Below are positions 30,360-40,933 of a DNA stretch of 64,000 nucleotides, piece after piece. Source of the stretch: Armatimonadota bacterium (GTDB lineage Bacteria > Armatimonadota > HRBIN16); contig OY781964.1 in NCBI GenBank assembly GCA_963677485.1, positions 4,800,001 to 4,864,000 of the forward strand, in the 5' to 3' direction. The translations under genes were made by a program, and so were the position numbers. Within the stretch, counting starts at the first letter, position 1, and every line of letters begins with the position of its first letter. The notes beneath the pieces are model-generated. The model was not told where the DNA came from and ran no database searches. It was given only the letters and a program-made list of their open reading frames with translations.

Positions 30360-31121
30360 TTATTTGTGCTGATCATCTTCAGCATGATCTTTCGCTTCAG
30401 CCTCAGTATGTGTCCTCTTACTAATATCTTCCATAAAGTCGGTTTGAATCTGTTGTATCTCTAGCAGCCTTTGCCATTGCTGATGCAACAAGTGGTCTAT
30501 CTTCTCGCTTATTACCCGTATTTCCAGTTCGGCCTTTAAGTTAATTTGGTAGTCATGTTCGGCGCGCAGCCGGTCGCGTGTTTCCTGCCGGTTCTGGCTC
30601 ATCATGATAACCGGAGCTTGTATCGCGGCTATGCAAGACAGCACCAGATTTAACAGTATGAACGGATATGGATCGAAGTGGCGGATAAGAATAATGGAGT
30701 TCATTGTGATCCATATGGCCAACACTGCCCCGAAAAGTATAATGAAATTCCAACTGCCCCCAAACTTAGCCACTTTATCTGCAGTCCGTTGACCAAAAGT
30801 CGACTTCGTGTCCACATCATCATTGATGTTCTTCGCCAACAAGGCATCGCTATTAATCGCTTTAACAACCTCACCTTCCACCTCGGTAAGCTCACGGTTG
30901 TCTTGCTCCAGACTGTGCTGAACATACAAGGATCTGTAGTGTTCCAAGTCATCCCGGCAGATGAAATCATCATTCGACCACTTGGGGTGATCCTTGCGTA
31001 TTTCGCTGGCCAATGACTGCCGGACAACAGCTCCAGGCATCAGATCGTTTGGCAGAAAACTCTTTTGACAGACAGCGCATACAGCCTTGCCTTCTGATGA
31101 AATATTCATTTGGTGCTCCAT
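30360..31121 (-). CDS. DUF1003 membrane protein
   Basis: ADKVAKFGGSW, FDPYPFILLNL, QAPVIMMSQNRQ, NLKAELEI. Confidence 0.9.
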   Translation of the reverse strand: MEHQMNISSEGKAVCAVCQKSFLPNDLMPGAVVRQSLASEIRKDHPKWSNDDFICRDDLEHYRSLYVQHSLEQDNRELTEVEGEVVKAINSDALLAKNINDDVDTKSTFGQRTADKVAKFGGSWNFIILFGAVLAIWITMNSIILIRHFDPYPFILLNLVLSCIAAIQAPVIMMSQNRQETRDRLRAEHDYQINLKAELEIRVISEKIDHLLHQQWQRLLEIQQIQTDFMEDISKRTHTEAEAKDHAEDDQHK

Positions 31122-31395
31122 GGTATAGATTATAAGCTTGTTGTTATAGGAACTTCATTGACTAGATATACGCGACACATAGACGGTATGTTCCCATAAC
31201 ATTTCTGACAAACCTCAAAGTAGTGCCAAGCGGGCGTTTATGGAAAGAATGACGCATGAACATATCGATTGTGACGCACTACATACTTTGGTGTGTGATG
31301 GTACAATTACGACAAGGGATGTAATCATTCCTTACTCGTCTCTTGTTACTCTTCATAGCGTATCGTATAAGCTTTAGTCGGACAAGGAGGATTAC

Positions 31396-33873
31396 ATGCT
31401 AAGTAAAACAGCTCAGCTAATCATCTGCATTATTTTGGTTACACATGCAACCATTTCAGGGGTTTCAGCAGCCGTACCAGACCTGCGCGGGATATGGGAC
31501 AGTGAAGCCAATGGAGAGAAGGGCATCACTGAGATCACGCAACAGAATGGAGCCGAGTTCTCGGGCACTGTTCACGGAAAACCCATGACCCTCGGCAAAC
31601 TTAAGGAATATCTCGTCACATTCACCTGTGATGCTTCCGGAAATAGGCAAGACTACAAAGCTCTGCTGACGAAAATGCCTAATGGTAAATACAGTATGGC
31701 TGGTTTCTACAAAACGAACGGCCTCGGGGCATCTGTATATACAGCCAAAAAGCGTGACAGTGTATCTCAAGTCGCAGACAAGGCTCCTGCACCGATACCA
31801 CCACCAGCCACCAAGCCGGCACAGAAACCAGCCAACGGCCCACCAGCTAATCAGCCAAACACGCCGATCGCCGACACTGGACCTTATGTCGAGCAGACGA
31901 CAAAACCCGCACCCCTGACGGTAATGGTCACCAAAATGCAGGCTCCCCTGCTCACTGTCAGACGCGAACTTGGCGATACACATATTGCTGGTCCTGATTC
32001 GATGAAGCCAATCGTGGATAAAACGACAGTAATTGCAATAGCAATAAACACTCTTTCTACAGATATGAAGAACGAATATGCGCAGGCAGGTGCTAATCAA
32101 CAGCTTATCCTGTCAGATCGCGTCTACCAGATTTCGGCTGGAGATCAAAAAGGCTGGTTAGGCGGCACGGTCGTGATGGAGCTGCCAATACCGGCGGAGT
32201 TGGCCTCTCAAATCACCGGCACCAATGTGGGCGCACTCGGCCTGTTGCCTGGCGGCTCGATATATGCGCGAGGTGTGCTCATACGCAATCGCAATGTGGT
32301 GCAGGTGGCTACTAACCACTTCAGCAACTGGTGTTTTGGCCTGTTTGGCGGGAAAAGCGAGTTGCAGCAATACATCGAAGATGAAGCCGCCCGCAGAGTC
32401 GGCATGCGTCGAACTGGCTTCGACCAGCGGTTCATCGATCTGGGCGCCCGTTATATCGAAGCTCTTGGCGGCATCAGCGATGAATCCAAAGCCAAAATCA
32501 TGAAGCAACTCCTCTCACACCGTGAGGAAATCAACACCATTGCCATCTCTGCTGGCTCAGAAAATAACGGCATGATGGCCAAAGGCTGTGGTGATTTGAT
32601 CGGTAAGCTCATCATCGACAACCTAGACGAAAGTGCTATCTCGACCGTGCTCAAGGGAGTGGTGGGGAACCTCGATCTGTTAAAGGTAACAGTCAATGAG
32701 CTTAATGCTGCTCAGCAAGAGGAGACCTACGACGTTGCGATTAGTAAAATCGGCGAAGCATTTCTGCGAAATGAGCCGGTAGCAAAACTGACGCAGATGG
32801 CCATTGACACGGCCAGCCTTGGTTGCGAGGCCCTTCACGATGCGGCATGGCGTGAGGCCTACCTGGCCTACCGTGATGGAGCGTCGCGCATCTTGTGGAT
32901 CGGTGGTGGGAAGGTTGATGCTGGCGACTGGCAGGTAATACGTGAGCGTTACAGCAGACCTATGGTGGCCTACCTGCGTCAAAAGCAGCCCAGCCTTACC
33001 GAAGAAGAGGCCCTCACAATGGCTAAGAAGATGATGGACGATCGCAAAGCACAGGAAGGGGCCATCGCAAAGGAAGAGGACAAGCTGCGGGTGCTGCATG
33101 AAACTTTCGTGAGTTATAGCCAGCGTTCGGAGCTAAATCAGCAGACGGGGCTGAAGGGCGATATGCCTCAGTTCATTGATTACTCAAACCGTGTCCGCCG
33201 AATCGAAGCTGATTTGGCTGCATATGGGATTACAGGCGCGGTGTTCAGCATAAATGGCCTGCGCTCTGACGCAATGAAGCTGATGCACGGCTTTGCTTTG
33301 GGCGGTGAGGCCGGATACCGTAAGGCGCTGAATGAAATCCGAGCTGCTGTGTCGAAAAAGCTGCGTCTGCCGGGAGGCGAAGAGAAAGACCTGGCGAAAC
33401 TAAAATGGACTGTAGACGACTGGTATGACGCGCAGAAAACTCAACCTAAGAGCCGTGTGGCACAGACTACCAACTTGTCCTTCCTGGAAAAGTTCGCTAA
33501 AGACGGCTCCTTGGAGCGACGTTATATCGACACGCGTAAAGGCGATCTTATTCAGTACTCGTACTGGTTCTATCCCAACGGTGTTTTGCGCGCCAGCTCT
33601 CAATCAAGCAGCAGTAAAGGTGTATTCGGTACAGAGACTGGATTCTACGAGAACGGCAGGCTGAAGTATATCTACACATACCACACGTTCAAAAAGCAAT
33701 CTACTGGGTATGACTACCGTGATGACGGCAGCCTGATGTGCGAGAAGACACTTGACATCAATGGAAATGGCAAAGCCAAATGGTACACACCCGACGGGCG
33801 TGTTTACCAGTCTGACACCATTGCCAAATACACATCAACCCCCACAGAGTTGATCAAGTACGAGGACCGCTAA
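31396..33873 (+). CDS. Secreted multidomain hypothetical protein: Pro-rich linker, ZU5-like HFS motif, helical region, MORN-2/YwqK-like C-terminal repeats
   Basis: Signal peptide; PAPIPPPATKP linker; VATNHFSNW; WFYPNG, GFYENG, YRDDG, WYTPDG repeats; RBS aggagg. Confidence 0.6.
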   Translation: MLSKTAQLIICIILVTHATISGVSAAVPDLRGIWDSEANGEKGITEITQQNGAEFSGTVHGKPMTLGKLKEYLVTFTCDASGNRQDYKALLTKMPNGKYSMAGFYKTNGLGASVYTAKKRDSVSQVADKAPAPIPPPATKPAQKPANGPPANQPNTPIADTGPYVEQTTKPAPLTVMVTKMQAPLLTVRRELGDTHIAGPDSMKPIVDKTTVIAIAINTLSTDMKNEYAQAGANQQLILSDRVYQISAGDQKGWLGGTVVMELPIPAELASQITGTNVGALGLLPGGSIYARGVLIRNRNVVQVATNHFSNWCFGLFGGKSELQQYIEDEAARRVGMRRTGFDQRFIDLGARYIEALGGISDESKAKIMKQLLSHREEINTIAISAGSENNGMMAKGCGDLIGKLIIDNLDESAISTVLKGVVGNLDLLKVTVNELNAAQQEETYDVAISKIGEAFLRNEPVAKLTQMAIDTASLGCEALHDAAWREAYLAYRDGASRILWIGGGKVDAGDWQVIRERYSRPMVAYLRQKQPSLTEEEALTMAKKMMDDRKAQEGAIAKEEDKLRVLHETFVSYSQRSELNQQTGLKGDMPQFIDYSNRVRRIEADLAAYGITGAVFSINGLRSDAMKLMHGFALGGEAGYRKALNEIRAAVSKKLRLPGGEEKDLAKLKWTVDDWYDAQKTQPKSRVAQTTNLSFLEKFAKDGSLERRYIDTRKGDLIQYSYWFYPNGVLRASSQSSSSKGVFGTETGFYENGRLKYIYTYHTFKKQSTGYDYRDDGSLMCEKTLDINGNGKAKWYTPDGRVYQSDTIAKYTSTPTELIKYEDR

Positions 33874-33960
33874 CCGCTCGTAAAGTCGTGCTATGCGAGG
33901 CATGGTCCGGTCACATGCTTCGTATAGCAGCACCTCTCAACGGAATCTTGGTACAATGAG

Positions 33961-33987
33961 TTGCTACATATTATCAATTCGTGTTAC
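33961..33987 (+). promoter_or_regulatory. Candidate NikR operator
   Basis: TTGCTAC-N13-GTGTTAC just downstream of a TACAAT -10-like box and upstream of the nikM RBS; resembles the GTGCTAC-N13-GTGTTAC site I recall for Geobacter NikR. Confidence 0.55.
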
Positions 33988-34012
33988 CAATCCCGTCAAA
34001 AGGACAGATGAG

Positions 34013-34720
34013 TTGCATATACCCGATGGTTACCTTAGTCCTCAAACATATGCAGTTGCCACTGCGGCAGTGCTTCCCTTTTGGGCGATCGCATCCAAAC
34101 AGCTAAACAAGAGCCTGCGAAGTCGGCAGGTGCCCTTATTGGCTCTCAGTTCGGCGTTCTGCTTTGTCATCATGATGTTCAATGTGCCCATACCCGGCGG
34201 AACTACTGGTCACGCTGTTGGGGCGGTGCTGGTGTCGATCCTGCTCGGTCCCTGGGCAGCGTGTATCGCGGTCTCCATCGCGCTTATTGTGCAAGCCGTG
34301 CTATTTGGTGATGGCGGGATTACCTGCATCGGAGCCAATTGCTTGAATATGGCGGTCATCATGCCGTTTGTCGGTTACGGAATATATACTCTCATCGCTG
34401 GAACATCACTAGCCACATCGTGGCGGCGCTGGCTGGGAGCAGGTATCGGCGGGTATGTTGGCTTGAATGCCGCGGCGTTGAGCACAGGCTTCATGTTCGG
34501 TATCCAGCCGCTGATCGCGCATGATGCAGCGGGTAAGGCTCTATATGCCCCTTACCCGCTGAGTGTCGCTGTGCCTATCATGGCGGTAGAGCATCTGCTG
34601 GTGTTTGGATTCGTCGAAGCGGTGGTCACAGCACTTGTCGTGATCTATCTGCAGAAATCTGACCCAGGACTTCTGTACAAGGCCCCGCAGACGCCGGTCG
34701 TGGAGGGTGAGTCATCGTGA
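34013..34720 (+). CDS. nikM: ECF Ni/Co transporter substrate-binding component (NikM/CbiM)
   Basis: TTG start gives the metal-binding N-terminus MHIPDGYL (NikM-like); PGGTTGH, FGDGG. Confidence 0.88.
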   Translation: MHIPDGYLSPQTYAVATAAVLPFWAIASKQLNKSLRSRQVPLLALSSAFCFVIMMFNVPIPGGTTGHAVGAVLVSILLGPWAACIAVSIALIVQAVLFGDGGITCIGANCLNMAVIMPFVGYGIYTLIAGTSLATSWRRWLGAGIGGYVGLNAAALSTGFMFGIQPLIAHDAAGKALYAPYPLSVAVPIMAVEHLLVFGFVEAVVTALVVIYLQKSDPGLLYKAPQTPVVEGESS

Positions 34721-35064
34721 AGGGACACACGAAACTATGGATCGGTCTTGGGATATTGATTCTGCTCTCACCCTTAGGCTTGATCCTCCCTGCGAAATTT
34801 GGAGCGGGTACTGCCTGGGGGGAATGGAGCACAGAGGAGATGCACAAATTGATCGGTTATGTGCCTGCTGGATTGGCCAAGGGCAGCGACCGGTGGAAGG
34901 CACCCATGCCGGATTATGCCACCAAGGGGAAGCAAGAGCCATCATTAAAAAAGCAGAGCTCGGAATACATCCTGTCTGCTGTTCTCGGCGTGTCTGTAGT
35001 GGCCGGAGTTGCTGTATTGCTAGGAAAGGCGTTGGCGAAACGTGAGAACTCAACCCCTTCCTGA
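34717..35064 (+). CDS. PDGLE-domain auxiliary component (NikN-like)
   Basis: PLGL, AWGEW, APMPDY; overlaps the nikM stop. Confidence 0.8.
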   Translation: MKGHTKLWIGLGILILLSPLGLILPAKFGAGTAWGEWSTEEMHKLIGYVPAGLAKGSDRWKAPMPDYATKGKQEPSLKKQSSEYILSAVLGVSVVAGVAVLLGKALAKRENSTPS

Positions 35065-35986
35065 GTGGTTTACTGAGGACATCGGCATCAGCCATGAACA
35101 TAGTCGGTCGCGTCAGCGTGTGGGGTATGTTCGAAGAGGTCTTTCAAGCCTGGTTGAGGTCATTGCCCGCGAGCTCACCAAACCGGTCTGTGCAGAATCC
35201 TGGCTTGGGAACATCGAACCTCGCGCCAAGCTGGCAGGCGTATTCGGGCTGATTATCATCAGCACTTTCATACATTCGCCAAGCACGCTCGCGGCCATGA
35301 TGGCCATGGTATTAGTGACCACCCTATCTATACGGCTGCCAGCAGCAAGTCTGGGACGGGTGTGGGTAGGTGTTCCGCTGTTTAGCCTTGCGCTCATCTT
35401 GCCAGCAGTCACCAACCTGGTGACACCAGGAAATGACTTACTGATCCTGGCCCACCTGAAGCATGCTATGCATATTGGTGCATGGGTGTCACCAAACCCC
35501 GTCTCGATCACCGATGCTGGTTTGATCGTGGCAGGTAGGTTCCTGTTGCGCACGCTGATCTGCGTGACGCTGTGCTACCTGCTGATCGCCACCACCGAAT
35601 CATCAGTATTGCTGAATGGGCTGCGCCGACTCGGCATGCCGAAGGCGTTTGGGATGGTGTTGACCATGTCCCAACGATATCTCACGGTCATCATCAAAGC
35701 CGCGGAGGAAATCCACCTGGCCAAACTGAGCCGCACGATTTCCACCGGTTCGGTGAAAGGCGAGCAGCGTTGGGTCGCCGCTGGCATGGGCATGCTGTTC
35801 CGCCGGACTCACAGGCTGGCCCAGGAGGTTCAGAACTCCATGCTCTCGCGTGGCTATGACGGTGATCTGCAAGTGCGGCGACAATCTGTAATTCGAACCT
35901 GCGACATCGAATGGATGGTGGTTGTATTCATGGTTGGGTTAGCACTATTAGTTGTCGACAAGATGGGATTGGGTGGTTTGTCATGA
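35042..35986 (+). CDS. cbiQ: ECF transporter T component (NikQ/CbiQ)
   Basis: EPRAKL, RY, SRT and MLSRGY motifs. Confidence 0.88.
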   Translation: MRTQPLPEWFTEDIGISHEHSRSRQRVGYVRRGLSSLVEVIARELTKPVCAESWLGNIEPRAKLAGVFGLIIISTFIHSPSTLAAMMAMVLVTTLSIRLPAASLGRVWVGVPLFSLALILPAVTNLVTPGNDLLILAHLKHAMHIGAWVSPNPVSITDAGLIVAGRFLLRTLICVTLCYLLIATTESSVLLNGLRRLGMPKAFGMVLTMSQRYLTVIIKAAEEIHLAKLSRTISTGSVKGEQRWVAAGMGMLFRRTHRLAQEVQNSMLSRGYDGDLQVRRQSVIRTCDIEWMVVVFMVGLALLVVDKMGLGGLS

Positions 35987-36777
35987 GCAAGAACATTTAT
36001 GATGTGTCCAATATCACCTACAGTTACCCCAGATGTCAGCCAGTGCTGAGTAACATCACATTCCAAGTCAGCCAAGGCGAAAGCCTGGCGATTCTGGGTG
36101 CCAATGCTTGCGGAAAGTCGACACTGATGCACCTTCTAGACGGGTTGTATTTCCCGCAATCAGGCTCAGTGAAAGCATATGACACAATATTGACCGAAGA
36201 GAACGTGGAGACGGCTCCATTTTCAAGGCAGTTTCGACAGCAAGTCGGGTTCTTATTTCAGAACTCTGACGCGGTGTTGTTTTGCAACACTGTGGAAGAG
36301 GAGCTGGCCTTTGGCCCGCTGCAGCTTCGGCTGCCGCCGGAGCAGATCGACACGCGTGTTGAAGATGTGATCAAGATGTTCGGCATCGAACACCTCAGGC
36401 ACCGATCCCCTCAAACGCTAAGCGGTGGTGAGAAGAAGAAGGTCGCCCTGGCCGCCATTGTGTGCTGCGGCAGTCAAGTGATTTTGCTTGATGAACCATC
36501 TGCCAGCCTGGATCCCAGGATGCAGCAGTGGCTTTCGGACTTTCTAAACCAGCTGCACGAGGCTGGTGTGACGCTCATCATGTCAAGCCATGACCTGCAT
36601 TTTGTGTCCGAGGTGTCAGACCGTGCATTAATACTGTCGGAAGAACACCGTCTGGTCTACGATGGCCCAGTAACCGACGCGCTTGCCGACCTGGATATGC
36701 TGCGCTCCGTGAACCTAATACACGCCCATGCGCATAAGCAAGACGGCCGCATCCATGAGCATGTCATCGGCGAATAG
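35983..36777 (+). CDS. cbiO: ECF transporter ATPase (NikO/CbiO)
   Basis: Walker A GANACGKS, LSGGEKK, LLDEP; His-rich tail HAHAHKQ...HEH. Confidence 0.9.
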   Translation: MSKNIYDVSNITYSYPRCQPVLSNITFQVSQGESLAILGANACGKSTLMHLLDGLYFPQSGSVKAYDTILTEENVETAPFSRQFRQQVGFLFQNSDAVLFCNTVEEELAFGPLQLRLPPEQIDTRVEDVIKMFGIEHLRHRSPQTLSGGEKKKVALAAIVCCGSQVILLDEPSASLDPRMQQWLSDFLNQLHEAGVTLIMSSHDLHFVSEVSDRALILSEEHRLVYDGPVTDALADLDMLRSVNLIHAHAHKQDGRIHEHVIGE

Positions 36778-36807
36778 CGTCCTCTACCATGAGACCGATC
36801 TATCGAC

Positions 36808-37587
36808 TCAGCCAATCTGCACGGACAGCATCGACATAGAGCCGCCATCATACCCATCCACAGGGAAGCTCATAGGCTCGTTCTCGCGCCTTAATGCTGC
36901 GATGTAGAGCAGCGGCAGATAGTGGTCGGGTGTCGGTATCGACATTTTGGCGTCGTCGCCGAGTGACAAATAGTCGATAAGGCTTTCATCATCCCCGTTG
37001 ATCAGCAGTTCGCGTACCAAACTATCGAAACGTAATGCCCAGCCATATGGTTCAACAGCGTCTCCGTCCCAGTTGTAAGCACGCAGGTTGTGTACCACAT
37101 TGCCGCTGCCCGCAATCAGCACCCCCTCATCCCGCAGTGGCGAAAGCCGCTTACCAAGCTCGTAATGGAAAGACGCCGGTCTGGAGCTGTCGATGCTGAG
37201 CTGTATCACTGGAATGTCCGCCTGTGGATATACCTTGCGGAGAACCGACCAAGTGCCATGATCAAGTCCCCATTCGTGATCAAGCTGAACGTCTAGGGGG
37301 TCCAGCATATCTTTAACCCTCAGAGCCAAATCTGGATCACCAGGTGCAGGATACTGCACCTGGAAGAGTTCCCTGGGGAACCCGCCGAAATCATGGATGG
37401 TTTCGGGCTGAGCCATGGCCGTCACCGCGGTCTTTGGCAGGTACCAGTGTGCCGATATGCAGAGTATCGCCTTGGGATGCGGAATCCCCTCTCCAATGGC
37501 AGCCCAGCCTTGCGTGAAGCTATTGTTGGCCAGAGAGTTCATTGGGTTACCGTGTCCGAAAAAGACCGCAGGCATCGTGTTACTCAT
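36808..37587 (-). CDS. ygiD: 4,5-DOPA extradiol dioxygenase (LigB family)
   Basis: FFGHGNPM, ISAHW, TIHDFGGFP, LDHGTW, SGNVVHNL, PTPDHYLPL. Confidence 0.92.
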   Translation of the reverse strand: MSNTMPAVFFGHGNPMNSLANNSFTQGWAAIGEGIPHPKAILCISAHWYLPKTAVTAMAQPETIHDFGGFPRELFQVQYPAPGDPDLALRVKDMLDPLDVQLDHEWGLDHGTWSVLRKVYPQADIPVIQLSIDSSRPASFHYELGKRLSPLRDEGVLIAGSGNVVHNLRAYNWDGDAVEPYGWALRFDSLVRELLINGDDESLIDYLSLGDDAKMSIPTPDHYLPLLYIAALRRENEPMSFPVDGYDGGSMSMLSVQIG

Positions 37588-37640
37588 TTGGCACCCCTCA
37601 TTTCTGACTCACTGGCCCAATATCTTCGCATACTGCGAGT

Positions 37641-38402
37641 TTAGTATCCCCGCTTGTTGTATTCAGCCAGGCTCTTTTGATACATCGCCCAGCCTCCTTC
37701 GCGGTTCACGCTGTTAAACACAGTCGGCGCATCTCCAACCGCGGCCATCTTCTCCATCACACGTCCCCAGATCATCCAGCCAATGGCGATCATGGACACA
37801 CCAGACACGGGCAGCAAATCTTTCTCATAGCCCTCGATATGCACTGCAGCGTCACCGTATGGAGCGCAGTTGTCAATCACCACGTCGGCCACGTCGCACA
37901 GCTTCTTGCCGGAGGGATGAAGTGAGGTGACCTGAGCGGTATACCCCAAGGAGGTCATACCGACTACGCTCACACCCATCTCATGGCAGGCGATGGCCAA
38001 CTGCACTGGGTTGATGTTCTTGCCGGACACGGAACCCATGAACATCACATCACCTGCCCGGACGTTACTGGCCTTCAGCGCGTAACTGATATTCTCCAGT
38101 TCGGCACTAAACTCCTCTGTCCGCGGACGGTTGTTGTATGCTTCCGGCACAGGTGCGTTGGTGGATATGCTGTAACTGAAGTGTTTCACCGACGCCAGTC
38201 CGCCAGCGCGGTTGATGAAGTCCTGTTCGTTGCTGTGGCCGATCGCACTGCACCAGATCACTCCACCGTTTTTCAAGGAGGCAATGACCATGTCGACCGC
38301 CTTCTCAACATTATCAAGCTGAGTGTTCTGCAGTTGGTCCAGAATCCCTCTCACGGCATCTAGATACTTTACGGAAGCTGATTCGTTATTTTGGTTTGGC
38401 AT
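37641..38402 (-). CDS. SIS-domain sugar isomerase-like protein
   Basis: GHS, RAGGL, SVSGKN, HPSGKKL, IDN..PYGDA. Confidence 0.85.
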   Translation of the reverse strand: MPNQNNESASVKYLDAVRGILDQLQNTQLDNVEKAVDMVIASLKNGGVIWCSAIGHSNEQDFINRAGGLASVKHFSYSISTNAPVPEAYNNRPRTEEFSAELENISYALKASNVRAGDVMFMGSVSGKNINPVQLAIACHEMGVSVVGMTSLGYTAQVTSLHPSGKKLCDVADVVIDNCAPYGDAAVHIEGYEKDLLPVSGVSMIAIGWMIWGRVMEKMAAVGDAPTVFNSVNREGGWAMYQKSLAEYNKRGY

Positions 38403-38469
38403 TGAATATCCCTCTAGATCATATATGCGGTTATCATGATTGCTTTTGTTCTTGCTAAGCTAGTTTATA

Positions 38470-39837
38470 CTATCCTAAAATCTCGTCGACGGCCTCTTCG
38501 AATGCCAGGATCGACTCACGAAGCGCCTCCTCACTGATGGTCAAAGGGGGTGCGATTTTCAAACACTCACCGCCGATGCCCACTGGAGCGAACATCAGCA
38601 GACCCTTGTGAACGCATTTCAGGTTAATGGCCGTGGCGGTCTGGTTGTCAGGCTCTTTTGTTCCGGGCTTCACCACTTGAATACCAGCCACCAGCCCTTT
38701 TCCATGCATGCAACCCAGCCGGTCAGGGTATTTTTGCTGTATGCGTTGAAGCTCTGGCAGAAGGATTTCGCCCAGCATGGCGGCTCGATCCACTAGATGC
38801 TCCTGTTGGATCACTTTGAGGCTGGCTAGCCCGGCTGCCACCGGTAATGGCGATGCGGAGTGCGTTGATGTGATCGATCCTGGCGGATAGACATCCATGA
38901 TATCAGCACGCCCGATCACTGCCGACAGCGGCAGCGAGGACGATATACCCTTACCGCAGGCGATGAGGTCAGGAGTGACGCCGTAGTGCTCATAACAGAA
39001 CATTTTTCCGGTTCGTCCGAAACCAGCCTAGACTTCATCGAAAATCATCACAATGTCATTCTGCCGACAGAACGCCTGCAACTTTTGAGCATACTCCACG
39101 GGAAGGAAGTCTGGGCCCACTCCCTGGTAGCTTTCGGTCATCACACCAGCGATTTCCGCTCCGGTGATCCCCATCTGCTCAAGACTGTGCAAAAACAGCT
39201 CAAAGGAGGTATCGGTGTTCTTGTAGCCATCAGGGAATGGCACCTGAACAAAAGTCTTGTCGCGGTCAATCATCCAAGTTTTTTGCTTATCCATACCGCC
39301 GGCAAGCTGCGCGCCCATCGTCCGTCCATGAAAGCCGTTCTTGAAGGAGACAAAGTATTTCTTATGTTCGCCGTGTTTCTGAAGTGCGTAGGTCTTCGCC
39401 AGCTTGATGCAGTTTTCGGTAGCCTCTGAACCGGTGCTCAGAAGGAATACACGGTAGTCATTCGGCGTGGGAGCCAGCTGCTGCAGCTCGTGGCATAACA
39501 AGGCCCTTTGCTCATGGATGAAGATGTAGCTGGCTAGCAGCCCCTGGTCTATGATGTCACGCAGAGCTTGTTTGACCTCGGGCCGACCATGACCGGCGTT
39601 AGCCACCAGCACGCAACTCGACCAGTCGATCCACTTATTACCCCAGGCATCTTCGACGCAGAAGTCTTCTGCTTTGTGCCAGATGACGGGCGGTTGGCCC
39701 ATCATGGACTGTGGCTCGCTCTCTTTCAACATTTCGAATATCGGCAAGGATTCGGGGACCGGTATCTTGGTGTGTATCCTGCGGTATTTGGTCTCCACTT
39801 TGGGAACATCCACAGGTGTCAGATCGTATTTAGCCAC
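38470..39837 (-). pseudogene. Class III (GABA/acetylornithine-type) aminotransferase interrupted by an in-frame TAG at 39028-39030
   Basis: The two ORFs are in one frame and read IFDEV*AGFGRTGKMF; FHGRT and PLP lysine motif GKGISS are intact. Confidence 0.85.
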
Positions 39838-40913
39838 TACTTTGACCTCAGTTTAATGATATTACCGGTTTCCAGGCTTTCATGAATAGCGACTGCTATT
39901 CGAGTCACTTCCAGCCCATCTTCACCCGATGCCCAGCACCCGCGGAGATCAGATACCAACCCGCCATCCTTCAGATGCGCCACATTGTAGGCAAAATCTT
40001 CAATGCTCTCGATACCGTAGCCCCGTGACAACCGGCGTCCCAATTTGTCTACCCCGTCGCGTCGGAAGTTGTTGTATGTGCTCATGCCCTCGGATGAGAG
40101 GCACGATCTCATGCCCCGATACTGGCTGTCGCATTCGATGACACCCTTGGTACCCACAATCCGAACCTCCTGGTTCACAATCGCCTCGAAACTTTTCGGA
40201 AGTATCCAACTGGTGTCGAACACGAATGACACCCCGTTTTCAAACTCCACTTTAGCATTGATGCAGTCGTAGGTATCAATCCCGTAGTCATTCAAAAGCG
40301 TCTTCTTGCGGCCTGTGGCATACACCTGTGTCACCTCACTCTTCACGATCCAACGCACCAGGTCGTAAAAGTGAACACCCAGAAACCATGCAGGGGACGA
40401 GTTCGGTGCCCAGTGCGGGAACCATTCGGAAGGCACCTCGATGCGGTCCTCCATATAGACAGATCCGTACAGTATCTCCCCAAGCTCCCCTGCTCCCACC
40501 CTTCTGGCGATCGCCATGTGGTCTGGGTCATACCGCTTGTGGAAGTCTACCTGCAGCAGCACTCCGCTTTTCTTTGCGGCTTCGATGATCTCCTCGCAAC
40601 CTTCCACAGTGGTGTCAAGCGGCTTTTCAACCAGCACGTGCAGGCCAGCTCGAGCAGCGTCGACGGCGATCTGTCTGTGTAAGTGGTCAGGCGTGGCGAC
40701 ACTCACTCCATCAAGATTCGCATTGGCGATCATCTCCTGATGGCTTGCGTAAACCGGGCAGCTCAGCGTCTGACGAAGCTCCGCAGCCCGGACCGGGTTC
40801 GCCTCAGCGACCGCAGCTAATTCGGCAACGCCGATGTAACCCAACTGCGTGTATGCATCAAGATGCATCTGGCCGAACTTCCCTGCGCCAACCACACCAA
40901 TTCTAACAGTCAT
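39837..40913 (-). CDS. Gfo/Idh/MocA-family oxidoreductase
   Basis: IGVVGAGKFG, TPDHLH, VEKP, GVHFYD. Confidence 0.92.
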   Translation of the reverse strand: MTVRIGVVGAGKFGQMHLDAYTQLGYIGVAELAAVAEANPVRAAELRQTLSCPVYASHQEMIANANLDGVSVATPDHLHRQIAVDAARAGLHVLVEKPLDTTVEGCEEIIEAAKKSGVLLQVDFHKRYDPDHMAIARRVGAGELGEILYGSVYMEDRIEVPSEWFPHWAPNSSPAWFLGVHFYDLVRWIVKSEVTQVYATGRKKTLLNDYGIDTYDCINAKVEFENGVSFVFDTSWILPKSFEAIVNQEVRIVGTKGVIECDSQYRGMRSCLSSEGMSTYNNFRRDGVDKLGRRLSRGYGIESIEDFAYNVAHLKDGGLVSDLRGCWASGEDGLEVTRIAVAIHESLETGNIIKLRSK

Positions 40914-40933
40914 CAGTATCTCCTATACGGTCT

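Noticed and set aside
38470-39837. Genome-wide TAG reassignment (TAG=Gln or pyrrolysine)
   Set aside because: Many intact genes here end at TAG at their expected C-termini (for example 5528, 29120, 60292, 61879) and no other gene shows an internal TAG
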